DNA from: a virus
Virus record (IMG/VR): IMGVR_UViG_3300027896_000011
Coordinates: 103,998 to 167,997 of that record
Length of the DNA: 64,000 bases
Reading direction: 5' to 3' (one strand)
Each line of letters begins with the position of its first letter. The first letter of the stretch is position 1. The notes below the pieces were generated by a model, which had not been told where the DNA came from, did not search any database, and saw only the letters and a program-made list of their open reading frames with translations. This document shows positions 61,297-64,000 of this stretch, piece by piece. A program made the position numbers and the translations under genes.

Positions 61297-64000
61297 ATGG
61301 CTGCCCCGATAATGATAGGCGCTGATGAGCTTAAACCCATATTAGGTGCCCCGCTTGAGCCAACGGTTAATACATCTAGTTCGGATGTACAACAAGTACC
61401 GTGCGTTGAAGTAGACTTTAGTATATCTTCTCGGCCGGAAGGTATAGGTACACAAGGTAGTCAGGGATATCAGAGCCTTATAAGGGCAGCAACCATTCCG
61501 CTAATGGTAGGCTCTGATGAGATTAAACCCATATTAGGGGTTCCTCCTGATTTAGTACCTAGTACGTTTTGCTCGAGTGAGCAAGCGTTGAATGCTGAGG
61601 TAGATTCTGATACACCTCCTCAGCCAGGTCCTATAGGACCACAAGGTATTCAGGGGCAACAAGGACTTCAGGGCACTAATCCTGGTGTGCAGGGGGATAT
61701 AGGTGCGCAAGGATTACAGGGGTATTCAGGAGATCAAGGATACCAAGGTAGCCAAGGTATTCAAGGTCTGCAAGGAACTAACCCAGGACCACAAGGTGAT
61801 CAAGGGTTAGAAGGTGCGCAAGGTAATCAAGGATGGCAAGGTAATCAAGGCAACCAAGGCAATCAAGGTTCACAAGGGAATCAAGGTAAACAAGGGCTTC
61901 AAGGGGATGTTGGGGACACCGGAATTCAAGGGGCGGAAGGTACACAAGGAAATCAAGGTGAGCAAGGGGAACAAGGCTTAACTGGACCTCAAGGACGACA
62001 AGGACGGTTAGGCTTTCAAGGCTATCAAGGTGATAAAGGCGATCAAGGTGATCAAGGTTTGCAGGGGTTCCAGGGGGTTCAAGGTAATCAGGGAGCTCAA
62101 GGCAATCAAGGATTACGTGGTAATCAAGGAAACCAGGGGTGGCAAGGAGATCAAGGAAACCAGGGCCTACAAGGAGAGCAAGGGAACCAAGGAAACCAGG
62201 GTCAGCAGGGTGATCAAGGACTACAAGGCAACCAAGGTCTGCAAGGTAATCAAGGCAGTCAGGGGTTGTTGGGTAATCAAGGTGATCAAGGTGTTCAAGG
62301 TAGGCAAGGTAGGTTAGGCTTACAAGGAAATCAAGGTGCCCAAAGTCTACAAGGAAGTCAAGGACAGCAAGGGCAACAAGGTATCCAGGGGCTGCAGGGT
62401 ACTAATCCAGGTGTTCAAGGCATACAAGGCCTACAAGGAGTACAGGGCGCTAGTGGCTACTTAGGCTTAGATGGCCCACAAGGAAATCAAGGACTACAGG
62501 GGTATCAAGGACAACAAGGTAGCCAAGGCGTAGATAATGGACTTAGTCAAGCCCAAGTCCTAGCTAGAATTTCTGTTCGAGGAATAGTTCTTGATTCTAC
62601 TTCTCGTAAACTTCAGTTAGTTCTAGATGCTCCTGAAACAACTAAAGCTCTTCCATTCGTTACTGGGTATACAGATTACAATACTGGATTCGTTTCCGGA
62701 GCTAATAATGGAACCTCTACAGGAACTACACCAGTTGATATCGTTACCTTTCCGACATCTTCAACTACTCGTGAAGTTAAGATGCTGTCAGTATATAATG
62801 CTGACTCGGTTAGTTCTAATGCATCTATTCTTTATTATGATGGCGGAGTAACAAGAATAGTTTGGAGGGGGGCGTTATCCCCAGGAGATTGTCTGCAGTA
62901 CGCAGATACTACTGGTTTCTATGTTATTGATGTTTATGGCCAGATCAAAACGTCAGGTTTAGTTGGAAGTCAAGGTGATCAAGGTGGTCAAGGGGTACAG
63001 GGGAATCAAGGCAATCAAGGTATGGATAATGGGCTTAATCAAGCCCAAGTTTTAGCACGTATTTCTTATCGAGGAATTATACTTGATACAGTTACTCGTA
63101 AAATACAGTTAGTCTTAGATTCCACAGAAACAACTACGGCACTACCCTTCGTTACTGGGTATGTAGATTATGGTGTTGGGTATGTTCCCGGAGCTAGTAA
63201 TGGTAATACTTTTGGAACTACTCCTGTTGATGCTGTCTTGTCTCCAGCATCTTCAGTTGTTCGTGAGGTCAAGATGTTATCGGTGTATAACACCGATTCT
63301 CTTTCCTCTAATGTATCTGTTCTTTATTACGATGGCGGAATAACAAAAATAATTTGGAAGGGAATATTATTTCCGGGGGATTGCCTTCAGTATGCTGATA
63401 CTACTGGGTTTTATGTTACTGATTCTTATGGACAAATTAAGACTTCAGGTTTGATTGGAAGTCAAGGGAATCAAGGATTCCAAGGTAATCAAGGTAATCA
63501 AGGGCAACAAGGTAATCAAGGATTACAGGGCTCTGGTAATCAAGGAAATCAGGGTAACCAAGGATTCCAAGGTAATCAAGGATTACAAGGTAATCAAGGA
63601 TTCCAAGGTAATCAAGGAAATCAGGGTAATCAAGGCAATCAAGGATTACAGGGCAACCAAGGGTATCAAGGAGATAAAGGATTCCAAGGTAATCAAGGTA
63701 ATCAGGGGTTACAAGGAAATCAAGGTAATCAGGGAAACCAGGGTTTACAAGGTAATCAAGGTCTGCAGGGTAATCAAGGCAATCAAGGATTCCAAGGTAA
63801 TCAAGGAAATCAGGGTAATCAAGGCAATCAAGGATTACAGGGCAACCAAGGGTATCAAGGAGATAAAGGATTCCAAGGTAATCAAGGTCTGCAGGGTAAT
63901 CAAGGCAATCAAGGATTCCAAGGTAATCAAGGAAATCAGGGTAATCAAGGCAATCAAGGATTACAGGGCAACCAAGGGTATCAAGGAGATAAAGGATTCC
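61297..64000 (+). CDS. collagen-like (G-X-Q) tail fibre protein (runs off the window edge)
   Basis: ATG at 61297, open frame to the end; long GxQ triplet runs; duplicated globular domain. Confidence 0.8.
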   Translation, partial: MAAPIMIGADELKPILGAPLEPTVNTSSSDVQQVPCVEVDFSISSRPEGIGTQGSQGYQSLIRAATIPLMVGSDEIKPILGVPPDLVPSTFCSSEQALNAEVDSDTPPQPGPIGPQGIQGQQGLQGTNPGVQGDIGAQGLQGYSGDQGYQGSQGIQGLQGTNPGPQGDQGLEGAQGNQGWQGNQGNQGNQGSQGNQGKQGLQGDVGDTGIQGAEGTQGNQGEQGEQGLTGPQGRQGRLGFQGYQGDKGDQGDQGLQGFQGVQGNQGAQGNQGLRGNQGNQGWQGDQGNQGLQGEQGNQGNQGQQGDQGLQGNQGLQGNQGSQGLLGNQGDQGVQGRQGRLGLQGNQGAQSLQGSQGQQGQQGIQGLQGTNPGVQGIQGLQGVQGASGYLGLDGPQGNQGLQGYQGQQGSQGVDNGLSQAQVLARISVRGIVLDSTSRKLQLVLDAPETTKALPFVTGYTDYNTGFVSGANNGTSTGTTPVDIVTFPTSSTTREVKMLSVYNADSVSSNASILYYDGGVTRIVWRGALSPGDCLQYADTTGFYVIDVYGQIKTSGLVGSQGDQGGQGVQGNQGNQGMDNGLNQAQVLARISYRGIILDTVTRKIQLVLDSTETTTALPFVTGYVDYGVGYVPGASNGNTFGTTPVDAVLSPASSVVREVKMLSVYNTDSLSSNVSVLYYDGGITKIIWKGILFPGDCLQYADTTGFYVTDSYGQIKTSGLIGSQGNQGFQGNQGNQGQQGNQGLQGSGNQGNQGNQGFQGNQGLQGNQGFQGNQGNQGNQGNQGLQGNQGYQGDKGFQGNQGNQGLQGNQGNQGNQGLQGNQGLQGNQGNQGFQGNQGNQGNQGNQGLQGNQGYQGDKGFQGNQGLQGNQGNQGFQGNQGNQGNQGNQGLQGNQGYQGDKGF

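Noticed and set aside
62030-62851. ORFs 62030-62317 and 62627-62851
   Set aside because: These are alternate-frame shadows inside the collagen-like gene.

Overview
This window looks like 64 kb of a large tailed (jumbo-type) bacteriophage genome. It is mostly AT-rich, with two GC-richer blocks, and the host is plausibly Myxococcota (inference). Layout: (1) 1-13.8 kb, small early/accessory genes diverging from a non-coding region at about 3.4-4.6 kb. (2) 14.2-27.8 kb, 28 tRNA genes by my count plus tRNA-like and other structured RNAs, interleaved with two HNH endonucleases, glycosyltransferase/radical-SAM genes and RtcB. (3) 28-50 kb, DNA-metabolism and unknown genes: HNH, HAD, papain-like protease, ParB, AT-hook protein, TSCPD, lytic transglycosylase, dTMP kinase, RNase HII, a frameshifted chaperone pair, GroES and DNA ligase. 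(4) 50.7-64 kb, a tail/baseplate module with an embedded sigma factor and a collagen-like fibre. The standout is at 4869-6265. A promoter drives a stand-alone Cas7/RAMP-like gene that is followed directly by a non-coding array of about 600 nt and a perfect terminator. The array has 12 units, each GGCA plus 8-12 pentamers of a conserved (G/A/T)(G/A)T triplet and a variable dinucleotide. It is not a CRISPR array. It is a candidate RNA-guided system with a non-contiguous (gapped) guide code. All calls were made by eye; no searches were run.
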